Assembly (NCBI RefSeq): GCF_001652585.1
Contig: NZ_LWLG01000001.1
Location: forward strand, 180,001-212,000
From: Thermosulfurimonas dismutans
GTDB lineage: Bacteria > Desulfobacterota > Thermodesulfobacteria > Thermodesulfobacteriales > Thermodesulfobacteriaceae
Direction of reading: 5' to 3'
DNA length: 32,000 nt
A program made the position numbers and the translations under genes. Shown here piece by piece: positions 1 to 8,619 of this stretch. Every line of letters starts with the position of its first letter. Positions within the stretch are counted from its first letter, which is position 1. The notes beneath the pieces were generated by a model. It searched no databases. It was not told where the DNA came from and worked only from the letters and a program-made list of their open reading frames with translations.

Positions 1-15
1 TTTCGGCCAAAGGAC

Positions 16-44
16 TTGCCAAAATGAACCTTCGCTGCTATAAA
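16..44 (+). promoter_or_regulatory. Candidate sigma70-type promoter for the first gene (TTGCCA-17 nt-TATAAA)
   Basis: TTGCCA at 16-21 and TATAAA at 39-44 with a 17-nt spacer, about 55 nt upstream of ATG 99. An AAAGGCC/GGCCTTT palindrome at 42-57 overlaps the -10 and could instead be the terminator of a gene left of the window. Confidence 0.25.
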
Positions 45-98
45 GGCCTTGGCCTTTTCAGCAACTATAACTTAAAATTTTTTTAAAAAGGGAGTATC

Positions 99-650
99 AT
101 GTTCATCAAACCTCAAGACAGTTTCTTGATGGTTATAGACCCTCAAGAAAGGCTTTTAAACGCCATTTATCAACCAGAAAGGGTTGTTAAGAATATTATT
201 CTCCTTATCAAGGCTTCTCAGGAATTCGGAGTTCCTGTTGTACCTACCACTCAATACCGCAAAGGACTGGGAGATTATCTTCCAGAAATAAAAGATGCTT
301 TAGGAGAAATTGAACCTCTGGACAAAATCGAATTCAGTGCCTTTAAAAACCAGGTTATTGCAGAAGAAGTCCAAAGGCTTTCTCGGCAAACTGTAATTCT
401 TTGTGGGGTAGAAACACATATTTGCGTATATCAAACCGCTCTTTCAGCCTTAGAAAAAGGCTTTCGGGTAGTTGTGGTTGGAGATGCCACTTCCTCACGC
501 TCGCCAGAGAATATCTCTTATGGTTTATCTCGAATGCGTGAGTTAGGAGTGGCGGTAGTTTCCACCGAAATGTTGATCTACGAATGGCTAGAAAAGGCCG
601 GGACACCGGCCTTTAAAGCGCTTTTACCTTATTTCAAAAATAAAAACTAA
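99..650 (+). CDS. Isochorismatase-family (cysteine) hydrolase
   Basis: 183-aa ORF with an AAGGGAG ribosome-binding site upstream. Family-typical pattern: MVIDPQ (Asp), DKIEFSAF (Lys) and ILCGVETHICVYQTA (nucleophile Cys). Substrate cannot be assigned. Confidence 0.8.
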   Translation: MFIKPQDSFLMVIDPQERLLNAIYQPERVVKNIILLIKASQEFGVPVVPTTQYRKGLGDYLPEIKDALGEIEPLDKIEFSAFKNQVIAEEVQRLSRQTVILCGVETHICVYQTALSALEKGFRVVVVGDATSSRSPENISYGLSRMRELGVAVVSTEMLIYEWLEKAGTPAFKALLPYFKNKN

Positions 651-663
651 AAAGGAGGGTGTC

Positions 664-1962
664 ATGAAAGGGCTTTTGGGCAAGCTTTCGGCGATTTTTC
701 TGCTGTGTTTGTTGTGGATAGCCCCGGTTTGGGCGACTGAGGATGTGGAGGCTCTTAAGGCCCAAATTGAGCTTCTTAAGCGCCAGATGGTTGAGATGCA
801 GGCCGCCATGCAGGCCCAGATAGAGGCCCTGCAAAAAAAGCTTGAAGAAGTTCAGGCGAAACAGGCAGTAGCTCCTGCGCCTAAAAAGGCCAACGTGGTC
901 TTAAGCAAACCGGGGATCCAATGGAAACTTTATGGTCGTGTAAAAGCTGATTTCAACTATGACACCGCTAAGTTTAAATATTACAACGACTTTCTGGGAG
1001 CGGTGGCCAATAGAGTCACCAATCCGGACTACCAAAACGATTCTACCAACTTCAATCCCCGAGACACCCGTTTTGGTTTTTGGGCTACCTACAAGGAAGA
1101 TCAGTGGTTGATCAAGGGACGGTTTGAAATCGACTTTTACGGTGACAATAATGGCAACAATCTTATTCCCAGAATGCGCCTGGCCTATGCGGACATCTTG
1201 AACACCAATACCAACACCAGCCTGCGTATCGGGCAGGACTGGATACCGGTGGCCCAGCTCAACCCCAGCACGGTGGACTTTGGTATCCTTTCGGCGGCGG
1301 GTAACCTCTGGTGGCGCGTGCCTCAGATCACCTTGCGGCAAAAGGCCTTTAACAACTTCGAATTCCTGGCCTCGCTCATGAAACACCGTCGTACAGACAC
1401 CGCCAGTGAGGACCGTATGCCCTGGGTCTTGGCCCGGATCGCTTACACTGGCGGCATCCTTGGTGGTAAAAACATGATCGCCATCGGCGGTGGCTATCGC
1501 CATGCAGATTATGGTTCCGCCAATTCAGAAAATACGGATCGCTATCTAGTGGTAGGAGAGTGGAAATTCGCCTTCCTGGAGAACAAGGTTATCTTCAAGG
1601 GTGAAGCCTGGTGGGGTAAAGGAGTAGGACGAGACTTCCTGCGTTACGATCTGGATATGGCCCAGGATGGTAGTCCGGCTGAGGCCTACGGTGGCTGGGT
1701 TGACGTAACCTGGAAATTTGCCCCCAGGTGGTCTCTCACTGTGGGCGCTGGCTTCGACAACCCCAATGACAGCGACATGCCGGCTATAGAAGCGATGAAC
1801 GAGCGGCAGTTCACTAAAAATACCCAGTATTATGCCAATGTTTGGTACAAGCTCACCAACCCCCTAAGCCTAGGCTTTGAGGTCGTACACGTAGAAACCG
1901 AAAGATACGATGTCACCGATACTGGGAATAGGTTCACCTTCTCTATGAAGTATGATTTCTAA
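664..1962 (+). CDS. Outer-membrane beta-barrel porin with N-terminal coiled coil (OprO/P- or DcaP-like)
   Basis: AAAAGGAGGG ribosome-binding site. Signal peptide (LLCLLWIAPVWA/TEDV), then a roughly 45-aa heptad-like A/Q/E/K/L segment, then alternating beta-strand-like sequence (GRVKADFNYD, GRFEIDFYG, RMRLAYADI, LRIGQDWIPV). It ends in the OMP-type terminal aromatic ...SMKYDF. Confidence 0.75.
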   Translation: MKGLLGKLSAIFLLCLLWIAPVWATEDVEALKAQIELLKRQMVEMQAAMQAQIEALQKKLEEVQAKQAVAPAPKKANVVLSKPGIQWKLYGRVKADFNYDTAKFKYYNDFLGAVANRVTNPDYQNDSTNFNPRDTRFGFWATYKEDQWLIKGRFEIDFYGDNNGNNLIPRMRLAYADILNTNTNTSLRIGQDWIPVAQLNPSTVDFGILSAAGNLWWRVPQITLRQKAFNNFEFLASLMKHRRTDTASEDRMPWVLARIAYTGGILGGKNMIAIGGGYRHADYGSANSENTDRYLVVGEWKFAFLENKVIFKGEAWWGKGVGRDFLRYDLDMAQDGSPAEAYGGWVDVTWKFAPRWSLTVGAGFDNPNDSDMPAIEAMNERQFTKNTQYYANVWYKLTNPLSLGFEVVHVETERYDVTDTGNRFTFSMKYDF

Positions 1963-1988
1963 CAAAATCTTGGTAAAGGAGGTGCGTC

Positions 1989-3974
1989 ATGGGTGAGTCG
2001 AGCAAAATTGAGTCTGTTCTAAAGGAAGAGCGCGTCTTTTATCCTCCTCAGGCGGAGCGGGACCAGGCCTACATTACGTCTAAGTATGAGTACGAGGAAA
2101 TCTACAAATACTCCCTGGCAGACCCGGATGGTTTTTGGAGCGAGCGAGCCAAAGAGCTTATTACCTGGTTCAAGCTCTGGAATCGCACCTGCTACTGGGA
2201 TTTCAACAAACCTGAAATCCGCTGGTTTGAGGGCGGGAAACTGAATGCCAGCTACAACTGCCTTGATCGCCATCTTGAAGGCCCCAACAAGAACAAGGCG
2301 GCCATTATCTGGCAGGGTGAGCCGGACGAAGAGGTCAGGGTTTATACCTATCAGATGCTTCACCGGGAAGTCTGTCGTTTCGCTAACGTGCTCAAAAAGC
2401 TCGGGGTCAAGAAGGGGGACCGGGTCTCTATCTATCTCCCCATGATCCCGGAGCTTCCCATCGTGATGCTGGCTTGCGCCCGAATCGGGGCCATCCATTC
2501 CGTGGTTTTCGGAGGGTTTTCGGCCGAGGCCTTAAAGACCCGTATCCAGGACTGTGAGGCCAAAATCTTGATAACCGCGGACGGTTACTGGCGATCGGGT
2601 AAAAAAGTAGAATCCAAGAAAAACGCCGATGAGGCCCTCAAGGATTGTCCTACGGTTGAAAAATGCATTGTGGTGAAACGGCTGGGACTGGATATCAACT
2701 GGGTGGAAGGTAGAGACATTTGGTATCACGAAGCCATTAACGATCCTGATATTTCTGACTGGTGCGATTGCGAAGAGATGGATGCTGAAGACATCCTTTT
2801 TATCCTCTACACCTCCGGTTCCACCGGAAAGCCTAAGGGGGTCTTCCATACCACTGGAGGTTACTTGGTCTATGTAACTCACACCTTACAGTGGGTCTTT
2901 GATCTCAAGCCGGAGGATATCTTTTGGTGCACTGCAGACATAGGCTGGATCACTGGACACTCTTACATCGTCTATGGACCTTTGGCCCTTGGCGCCACGG
3001 AGATCATGTACGAAGGTGTGCCCACCTATCCTCATCCCGGGCGTTTCTGGGAGCTCTGTCAGAAATTCAAGGTTACCCTTTTCTATACCGCGCCCACGGT
3101 TATCCGGGCCCTCATGAGGGCCGGGGATGAATGGCCCAAAAAGTACGATCTTTCCAGCTTGCGGATTCTCGGTTCGGTCGGTGAGCCCATCAACCCCGAG
3201 GCCTGGCTCTGGTATCACAAAAACGTAGGCCGTGGGCGTTGCCCCATCGTGGATACCTGGTGGCAGACCGAAACCGGTGGCTTCTTGATCGCGCCTCTGC
3301 CTTATGCCATTCCGCAAAAACCCGGTTCGGCCACGGTGCCCCTTCCCGGTGTGGAGCCCATTATTCTTCGAGATGATGGTACTCCGGCTGAGGTAAACGA
3401 AGGCGGACACTTATGCATGAAAAGGGCTTGGCCCGGGATGCTCCGGGGAGTCTGGGGTGATCCGGAAAGGTTCAAACAGGTCTATTTCAGCCGGTTCCCC
3501 GGATACTACTACACCGGTGATGGTGCCCGCCGTGACGAAGACGGATATATCTGGATCATCGGACGTCTGGATGACGTCATCAACGTCTCTGGACACCGTT
3601 TGGGAACCATGGAACTTGAGTCCGCCCTAGTAGCCCATCCGGCGGTGGCTGAGGCTGCGGTCATCGGCATCCCTCACGAAGTAAAAGGTGAGACCATCTA
3701 TGCCTTCGTGATCCTTCGGGAAGGCTATCAGCCCTCAGAGGAACTGGAGAAAGATCTCAAACAGCACGTCCGCAAGGCCATCGGGCCCATCGCCACGCCG
3801 GAGTTCATCCAGTTCGTCTCTGGGCTTCCCAAGACCAGAAGTGGAAAGATTATGCGGCGGATTCTGAGAAAAATCGCCACCGGCCAGTACGAAGACCTCG
3901 GTGACACCTCGACCCTTGCCGATCCCTCGGTGGTGGAGGACCTGGTCCGGACCCGCAAAGAAATGGAAAAATAA
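1989..3974 (+). CDS. acs: Acetyl-CoA synthetase (AMP-forming)
   Basis: 661 aa with AAAGGAGG upstream. AMP-binding signature [25 protein letters not shown], and the C-terminal [11 protein letters not shown] motif that carries the regulatory acetyl-lysine in characterised Acs enzymes. Confidence 0.97.
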   Translation: MGESSKIESVLKEERVFYPPQAERDQAYITSKYEYEEIYKYSLADPDGFWSERAKELITWFKLWNRTCYWDFNKPEIRWFEGGKLNASYNCLDRHLEGPNKNKAAIIWQGEPDEEVRVYTYQMLHREVCRFANVLKKLGVKKGDRVSIYLPMIPELPIVMLACARIGAIHSVVFGGFSAEALKTRIQDCEAKILITADGYWRSGKKVESKKNADEALKDCPTVEKCIVVKRLGLDINWVEGRDIWYHEAINDPDISDWCDCEEMDAEDILFILYTSGSTGKPKGVFHTTGGYLVYVTHTLQWVFDLKPEDIFWCTADIGWITGHSYIVYGPLALGATEIMYEGVPTYPHPGRFWELCQKFKVTLFYTAPTVIRALMRAGDEWPKKYDLSSLRILGSVGEPINPEAWLWYHKNVGRGRCPIVDTWWQTETGGFLIAPLPYAIPQKPGSATVPLPGVEPIILRDDGTPAEVNEGGHLCMKRAWPGMLRGVWGDPERFKQVYFSRFPGYYYTGDGARRDEDGYIWIIGRLDDVINVSGHRLGTMELESALVAHPAVAEAAVIGIPHEVKGETIYAFVILREGYQPSEELEKDLKQHVRKAIGPIATPEFIQFVSGLPKTRSGKIMRRILRKIATGQYEDLGDTSTLADPSVVEDLVRTRKEMEK

Positions 3975-4005
3975 TACTCCCAATTGTTGAACCAATATGA
4001 TGCAA

Positions 4006-4036
4006 GGGCGGGGCTTCGGTCCCGCCCTTTTTGGTT
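4006..4036 (+). terminator. Rho-independent terminator after acs
   Basis: GGGCGGG (4006-4012) pairs with CCCGCCC (4021-4027). The inner closure is a C(TTCG)G tetraloop, followed by TTTTTGGTTTT. Confidence 0.8.
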
Positions 4037-4051
4037 TTAAAATACTTGTCT

Positions 4052-4759
4052 ATGGGAAGCTATAAAAAGATCTTTGTCCTTACAGGGGCCGGAATTTCAG
4101 CCGAATCTGGTATCCCGACCTTTCGAGATCCGGGAGGGGTATGGGAAAAGTATGATCTCACCGAAGTGGCCACTCCGGAGGGTTTCCGGAGGAATCCGGA
4201 TCTGGTGCACGAGTTTTACAACCAAAGACGTAAAGAACTCCTCAAAGTGAAACCGAACCCAGCCCACATTGCCTTGGCGGAACTAGAAAAGCACTATCCC
4301 GGAGAGGTCCTGGTGGTAACCCAGAATGTAGACGATCTTCATGAGCGAGCAGGCACCCGAAACCTTATCCACATGCACGGGGAGCTTCTCAAAGTCCATT
4401 GCGAGCTCTGTGGACAGGTCTTCCGTGAGACCGGCGAAATATTTACTCACACTCCGTGTCCGGCCTGCGGAAAAGCCGGTGGCTTGAGACCTTATGTGGT
4501 CTGGTTCGGAGAGATGCCCCTTCACCTGGAAGAGATTTATGAAGCCCTTAAAAAATGCGATCTCTTTGTGGCCATAGGTTCTTCTGGCACGGTTTATCCC
4601 GCTGCCGGCTTTGTGGAAGTGGCTCGGGGAAGCGGGGCTTACTGCCTGGAAATCAATCTCAAGCCCGCTGAAAACGCCCATCTATTTCATGAACACCGCT
4701 ACGGACCCGCCAGCGAAAAGGTGAGGGAGTGGGTAAAGGAATTGCTTGAGGGGGTTTAG
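4052..4759 (+). CDS. cobB: NAD-dependent protein deacylase, Sir2/CobB family
   Basis: GAGISAESGIPTFRD, TQNVDDLHERAG, and a Zn ribbon CELCG...CPACG. I prefer ATG 4052 over the ORF-track TTG 4031, because 4031 lies inside the terminator T-tract. Confidence 0.93.
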   Translation: MGSYKKIFVLTGAGISAESGIPTFRDPGGVWEKYDLTEVATPEGFRRNPDLVHEFYNQRRKELLKVKPNPAHIALAELEKHYPGEVLVVTQNVDDLHERAGTRNLIHMHGELLKVHCELCGQVFRETGEIFTHTPCPACGKAGGLRPYVVWFGEMPLHLEEIYEALKKCDLFVAIGSSGTVYPAAGFVEVARGSGAYCLEINLKPAENAHLFHEHRYGPASEKVREWVKELLEGV

Positions 4760-4762
4760 GAG

Positions 4763-5638
4763 ATGGCCTACGTGGTAAGAGGACTCGCCCGCGAAGGAAG
4801 TTTTAGGGTCTTGGCCGTGGAGTGTCGAGAGGTAGTAGAGGAGGTGAGGCGTCTTCAGGGGCTTTCCCCTACGGCCACGGCGGCCCTGGGACGAGCCATA
4901 GCCGGAGTAGCCTTACTGGCAGCAGATCTCAAGGCCGGACGCGTAATGCTTCAAATAAACGGTGGGGGGCCGCTTGGAGAAATCTTGGCTGAGGGCGACG
5001 CCGAGGGGAACCTGCGGGGAACCGTAGCAAACCCTTGGGTGCATCCCGAGCCACAGGCCGGGAAACTTGCAGTAGGCGCGGCCGTGGGCAAGAACGGTTT
5101 CCTTTCCGTAGTGCGAGACCTGGGCCTCAAAGAACCCTATCAAGGCTCGGTAGCTTTGGTTTCAGGGGAAATTGCCAGGGACCTTGCCTATTACCTTACG
5201 GTCTCGGAGCAAATACCTTCGGCGGTGGCCCTGGGAGTACTGGTAGATACGGATGGTTCGGTGAAAGAGGCCGGAGGGTTTATGGTGCAGAGAATGCCGA
5301 GCGCTAGTGAGGAGGACATCACAGCCGCAGAGAAAGCTCTCTCCGAGGTTCCGGCCGTCACCGAGATGCTTTCCGAAGGTCTAAAACCGGAGGAAATCCT
5401 GGAACGTCTTTTTCCGGGGAGAATCGAAATCCTTGGAAAGAAAGAACTCCGGTATCGGTGCCGGTGCTCCCGAGAGAGGGTAGAGGCTGCCCTCGCGGCC
5501 CTGGGAAAGGAAGAACTCGAAGAGATGCTTCGGAAAGGCGAACCGGCCCAGGTGAGCTGCCATTTCTGTAGAAAAGAATACGTGCTTTCCCTTGAGGATC
5601 TCAGGCGTCTCCTCGAAGACTTGGAAAAGCGTGGCTAA
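4763..5638 (+). CDS. hslO: Redox-regulated chaperone Hsp33
   Basis: 291 aa with an AGGAG ribosome-binding site. C-terminal Zn/redox switch CRCSRERV...CHFCRKEY (CxC...CxxC), typical of Hsp33. Confidence 0.92.
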   Translation: MAYVVRGLAREGSFRVLAVECREVVEEVRRLQGLSPTATAALGRAIAGVALLAADLKAGRVMLQINGGGPLGEILAEGDAEGNLRGTVANPWVHPEPQAGKLAVGAAVGKNGFLSVVRDLGLKEPYQGSVALVSGEIARDLAYYLTVSEQIPSAVALGVLVDTDGSVKEAGGFMVQRMPSASEEDITAAEKALSEVPAVTEMLSEGLKPEEILERLFPGRIEILGKKELRYRCRCSRERVEAALAALGKEELEEMLRKGEPAQVSCHFCRKEYVLSLEDLRRLLEDLEKRG

Positions 5639-6753
5639 TGGCAAAGACCTTCGCGAAGCTTGCAAGGCTGTTCCAGCTTCTTCGAGAGGGGGTTGAAACC
5701 GGAGTTTTCCCTGGGGCCGTAGCCGGAATTCATTACGGGGATCGAGATTACTTCCTGGCTGTGGGCTATCGAGCCCTTTATCCTTCAAAAGAATTCAATA
5801 AAGAAGACACCGTCTACGATTTGGCTTCCCTTACTAAACCGCTAGCGACTACCCTGGCAATCATGAAATTGGTTTACGAAGGTCGGCTCAGCCTTTCGAC
5901 ACAGCTCGCACAGATTTTACCGGAAGAGTGGTTCGAGAATCCCTTCTGGCGCCGGACCTCCCTTGCGGCCCTGCTTTCGCACTCCTCTGGACTTCCAGAT
6001 TACCGGCCTTATTTCAGGAAGCTCTCTTCCACCAGACCGTACACCAAAAGGAATTCTTTTTTCAGGACGATTCTTTCAGAGAAACCGAGCTATCAACCAG
6101 GGGAAAAGTACCTTTATAGCGACCTCGGTTTTTTCCTCCTAGGGGCGGTAGTGGAACGGATTAGCCGAAAAAACCTTGCGGAGATAGTGCGCGAAATCTA
6201 TACCGAGATCGCCCCCGAAGCCGTCTCAGAGCTTACCTATCTACCCTTGGAAGCCGGTCTCGCACCAGAAAAAATAGCCCCCACCGAAAGGTGTCCCTTC
6301 CGAAAGAGACTCCTTCGCGGTGAGGTCCATGACGAGAACACCTGGGTGATCGGCGGGGTATCCGGAACTGCAGGACTTTTCGGAACGGCCCGGGCCGTGC
6401 TTGCCGTTTTAAAGGGCCTTACTTCCGCCTATCACGAAGAGGAGGAACGCGGTTTTCTCAACCGGGATCTCGTGCGGACCTTCTGGGACTTTCGCAGCAG
6501 ACGGGGAACTTGGGCCCTGGGTTTTGACCGACCGGATCCCGGAGTAACCTCCAGCGCCGGTCCGTTTTTTCCCCGGCAAGCCCTGGGGCATCTAGGTTAC
6601 ACTGGGACCTCCTTTTGGCTTGATCCAGACTCCAGCCTCATAGCCGTCCTTCTCACCAATCGGGTTCATCCCACCCGTAAGAACCAGAAAATAAAAACCT
6701 TTCGGCCAAGGTTTTACACCGAAGTGGCCCTCACCTTTTCGGGCTTAGGTTGA
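5638..6753 (+). CDS. Serine hydrolase of the beta-lactamase / penicillin-binding (class C-like) family
   Basis: 371 aa. SxxK motif (ASLTK), YSD (YxN-like) and HLGYTG (KTG-like) box. The start overlaps the hslO stop (TAATG). Confidence 0.8.
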   Translation: MAKTFAKLARLFQLLREGVETGVFPGAVAGIHYGDRDYFLAVGYRALYPSKEFNKEDTVYDLASLTKPLATTLAIMKLVYEGRLSLSTQLAQILPEEWFENPFWRRTSLAALLSHSSGLPDYRPYFRKLSSTRPYTKRNSFFRTILSEKPSYQPGEKYLYSDLGFFLLGAVVERISRKNLAEIVREIYTEIAPEAVSELTYLPLEAGLAPEKIAPTERCPFRKRLLRGEVHDENTWVIGGVSGTAGLFGTARAVLAVLKGLTSAYHEEEERGFLNRDLVRTFWDFRSRRGTWALGFDRPDPGVTSSAGPFFPRQALGHLGYTGTSFWLDPDSSLIAVLLTNRVHPTRKNQKIKTFRPRFYTEVALTFSGLG

Positions 6754-6777
6754 CAGACTTGCGAGATTTCCTAACTT
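6750..6777 (+). promoter_or_regulatory. Candidate promoter TTGACA-16 nt-TAACTT immediately upstream of the response-regulator gene
   Basis: A perfect -35 hexamer at 6750-6755 overlaps the TGA stop of the preceding gene. The -10-like TAACTT is at 6772-6777. Only 6 nt separate it from ATG 6784, and no ribosome-binding site is visible. Confidence 0.35.
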
Positions 6778-6783
6778 GTAAGC

Positions 6784-7470
6784 ATGAAGCCCCGGGTACT
6801 CATCGTGGAAGACGAGCCCGATGTAGCCGAAATAGAAAAACACGTCTTCGAAAGGGAGGGTTTCGACACAGAGATTGTGCAGACGGCTGCCGAAGCTTAT
6901 CAAAGACTTTCGACCCATCCTCCCGATCTCCTCATTTTGGATCTCATGCTCCCAGATCAGGATGGTCTGGAAATCCTAAAATTTTTGCGTTTTCGCAAGG
7001 ACCTTACCCACATCCCTGTAATCGTGGTCTCGGCTAGAGGAGAGGAACTGGATCGGGTCCTCGGTTTTGAGCTCGGGGCTGATGACTACGTAGTTAAGCC
7101 TTTCAGTCCCCGAGAACTGGTCCTTCGGGCCAAGGCCATTCTGAAACGACTCAAAACTCAAGAAAAATCGCGTGTTATCACCTACGGTCCCATTACTCTT
7201 TATGAAGAAGAATTCCGGGTGGAAGTCCAAGGCCAAGAAGTCAAGCTCACCGCCATGGAATTCAAATTACTCTCGACCCTCCTTTCCTCTCCCGGAAGGG
7301 TCTTTTCCCGGGAGGTCCTTCTCGACCGCGTTTGGGGCTACCAATATGAGGGCTACGCCCGTACAGTGGATACTCACATCAAAAGACTGCGTAAGAAATT
7401 AGGCCCCGCGGCGGAGCTTATAGAGACCGTCTGGGGCGTAGGTTATCGCGCAAAAGTCCTAAATGCTTGA
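6784..7470 (+). CDS. phoB: OmpR/PhoB-family response regulator (probable phosphate regulon regulator)
   Basis: Receiver domain (LIVEDEPD, ILDLMLPDQDG, VKPF) plus a winged-helix output (TVDTHIKRLRKKL, WGVGYR). It sits directly upstream of a histidine kinase and pstSCAB. Confidence 0.85.
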   Translation: MKPRVLIVEDEPDVAEIEKHVFEREGFDTEIVQTAAEAYQRLSTHPPDLLILDLMLPDQDGLEILKFLRFRKDLTHIPVIVVSARGEELDRVLGFELGADDYVVKPFSPRELVLRAKAILKRLKTQEKSRVITYGPITLYEEEFRVEVQGQEVKLTAMEFKLLSTLLSSPGRVFSREVLLDRVWGYQYEGYARTVDTHIKRLRKKLGPAAELIETVWGVGYRAKVLNA

Positions 7471-8590
7471 GAACGTTCTCTTAGGTCTCCTTGTTCTTTC
7501 ATGGCTGGGGCTTTATGTCCTAGTCCGTCAAAATCAAAAACTGCGACTCGAACTTTCGAAATCCCAAAAATCTTCAAAAGAAAACCCTACGGAGAGCCAT
7601 AAAAGAAGTTGGCTGGAAGAATTTACTCTGCCGCTGGCGCTAGTAGACAGAAAAAGAAAGGTACTGATGGCCAGTAAGGCCCTAAAAAACTTCTCCCCCA
7701 CCCCGGATCTTCAGAATCTTTTGGAACTCCCCTTTCAAGGTCTGCTTGAGTTCCATGAAAGACTCTTTACCAAAGGAAGGGCCGAAAATGAGGTCTGCTG
7801 GCAAAACAGATGGTATCGGCTTCAGGGAGAAAAAATTGGATCTGAGGAGGCTTTGATATATCTGACTGATATTACCCGAGAAAAAATACTTGAAGAGAGG
7901 ACCAAAACTCTAACAGCGACTCTAGCCCATGAATTCCGGACTCCCCTTACCGCCATAAGGGGATATGCCGAAAGCATGGAAGATTATCTCCCCGAAGAAG
8001 ACTTTCCCCGAAAGGCGCTCTCGGCTATTCTGGAGCACACCGAGCGGCTCTCTCGATTAGTAAAGGAACTCTTGCTCCTTTCTTCTTTTGAGACTGGACT
8101 CGAACTACGCCCAGAACCCGTCAAAGCCAAGGACCTCCTTGAAACCATCGTTTCTTTAGTAACTCCGCTTTTAGAAGAAAAAAAAATCTCTCTCAACGTT
8201 ATCGGTGTTTTAGATTTTGAATTTTCAGGAGATAAGGACTATCTGGTTCAAGCTTTTCTCAAGATTTTGGAAAACGCCGTAAAATTTTCACCCGAAGAGG
8301 GGGTTATTACTCTGGAAGTAGAAACGAGCAAAGAATACGCCGTCTTTAAGATCAAAGATCAAGGCCCAGGTATACCAGAGGACCTTTACGAAAAGATCTT
8401 TCAGCCCTTTTTCCGTAAGGATTCCCAAAAAGGCCTGGGCCTCGGACTTCCCCTGGCTCGGCGCATCGTGGAGGCCCATGGTGGTACGCTTGAGGCGGAA
8501 CCTTCCTTTAATGGGGCTTCCTTTGTGCTCAAAATCCCTTTAAATTCCCCTGGCGGTTCACAAAATGCTCACAATCAGGGAGGAATATGA
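7463..8590 (+). CDS. phoR: Sensor histidine kinase (PhoR-like)
   Basis: Overlaps phoB by 8 nt. N-terminal TM helix, H-box LAHEFRTPLTAIRGYAE, N box ILENAVKFSP, and G boxes DQGPGIP / GLGLGLPLARRIV. Confidence 0.8.
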   Translation: MLENVLLGLLVLSWLGLYVLVRQNQKLRLELSKSQKSSKENPTESHKRSWLEEFTLPLALVDRKRKVLMASKALKNFSPTPDLQNLLELPFQGLLEFHERLFTKGRAENEVCWQNRWYRLQGEKIGSEEALIYLTDITREKILEERTKTLTATLAHEFRTPLTAIRGYAESMEDYLPEEDFPRKALSAILEHTERLSRLVKELLLLSSFETGLELRPEPVKAKDLLETIVSLVTPLLEEKKISLNVIGVLDFEFSGDKDYLVQAFLKILENAVKFSPEEGVITLEVETSKEYAVFKIKDQGPGIPEDLYEKIFQPFFRKDSQKGLGLGLPLARRIVEAHGGTLEAEPSFNGASFVLKIPLNSPGGSQNAHNQGGI

Positions 8591-8619
8591 AGAACAAACC
8601 AAATTAAGGAGGTGTTGCG

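Noticed and set aside
901-1503. Long antisense or alternate-frame ORFs inside well-supported genes. Examples: 901-1503(-) 200 aa, 2886-3410(-) 174 aa, 11511-12095(-) 194 aa, 14399-15040(+) 213 aa, 15800-16408(-) 202 aa, 18685-19179(+) 164 aa, 19192-19740(+) 182 aa.
   Set aside because: Each lies wholly within a gene that has unmistakable family motifs on the other strand or frame. Their translations are low-complexity and R/G/P/S-rich with no recognisable motifs or ribosome-binding sites. These are typical shadow ORFs.
4365-4373. A perfect DnaA-box consensus TTATCCACA.
   Set aside because: It is a single copy inside the cobB coding sequence (encoding NLIHM). There is no cluster, no AT-rich unwinding element and no dnaA nearby, so it is most likely chance.
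6750-7037. A 95-aa ORF in an alternate frame overlapping the start of phoB.
   Set aside because: It is R/S/G/C-rich nonsense-like sequence overlapping a clear response-regulator receiver domain, with no ribosome-binding site.
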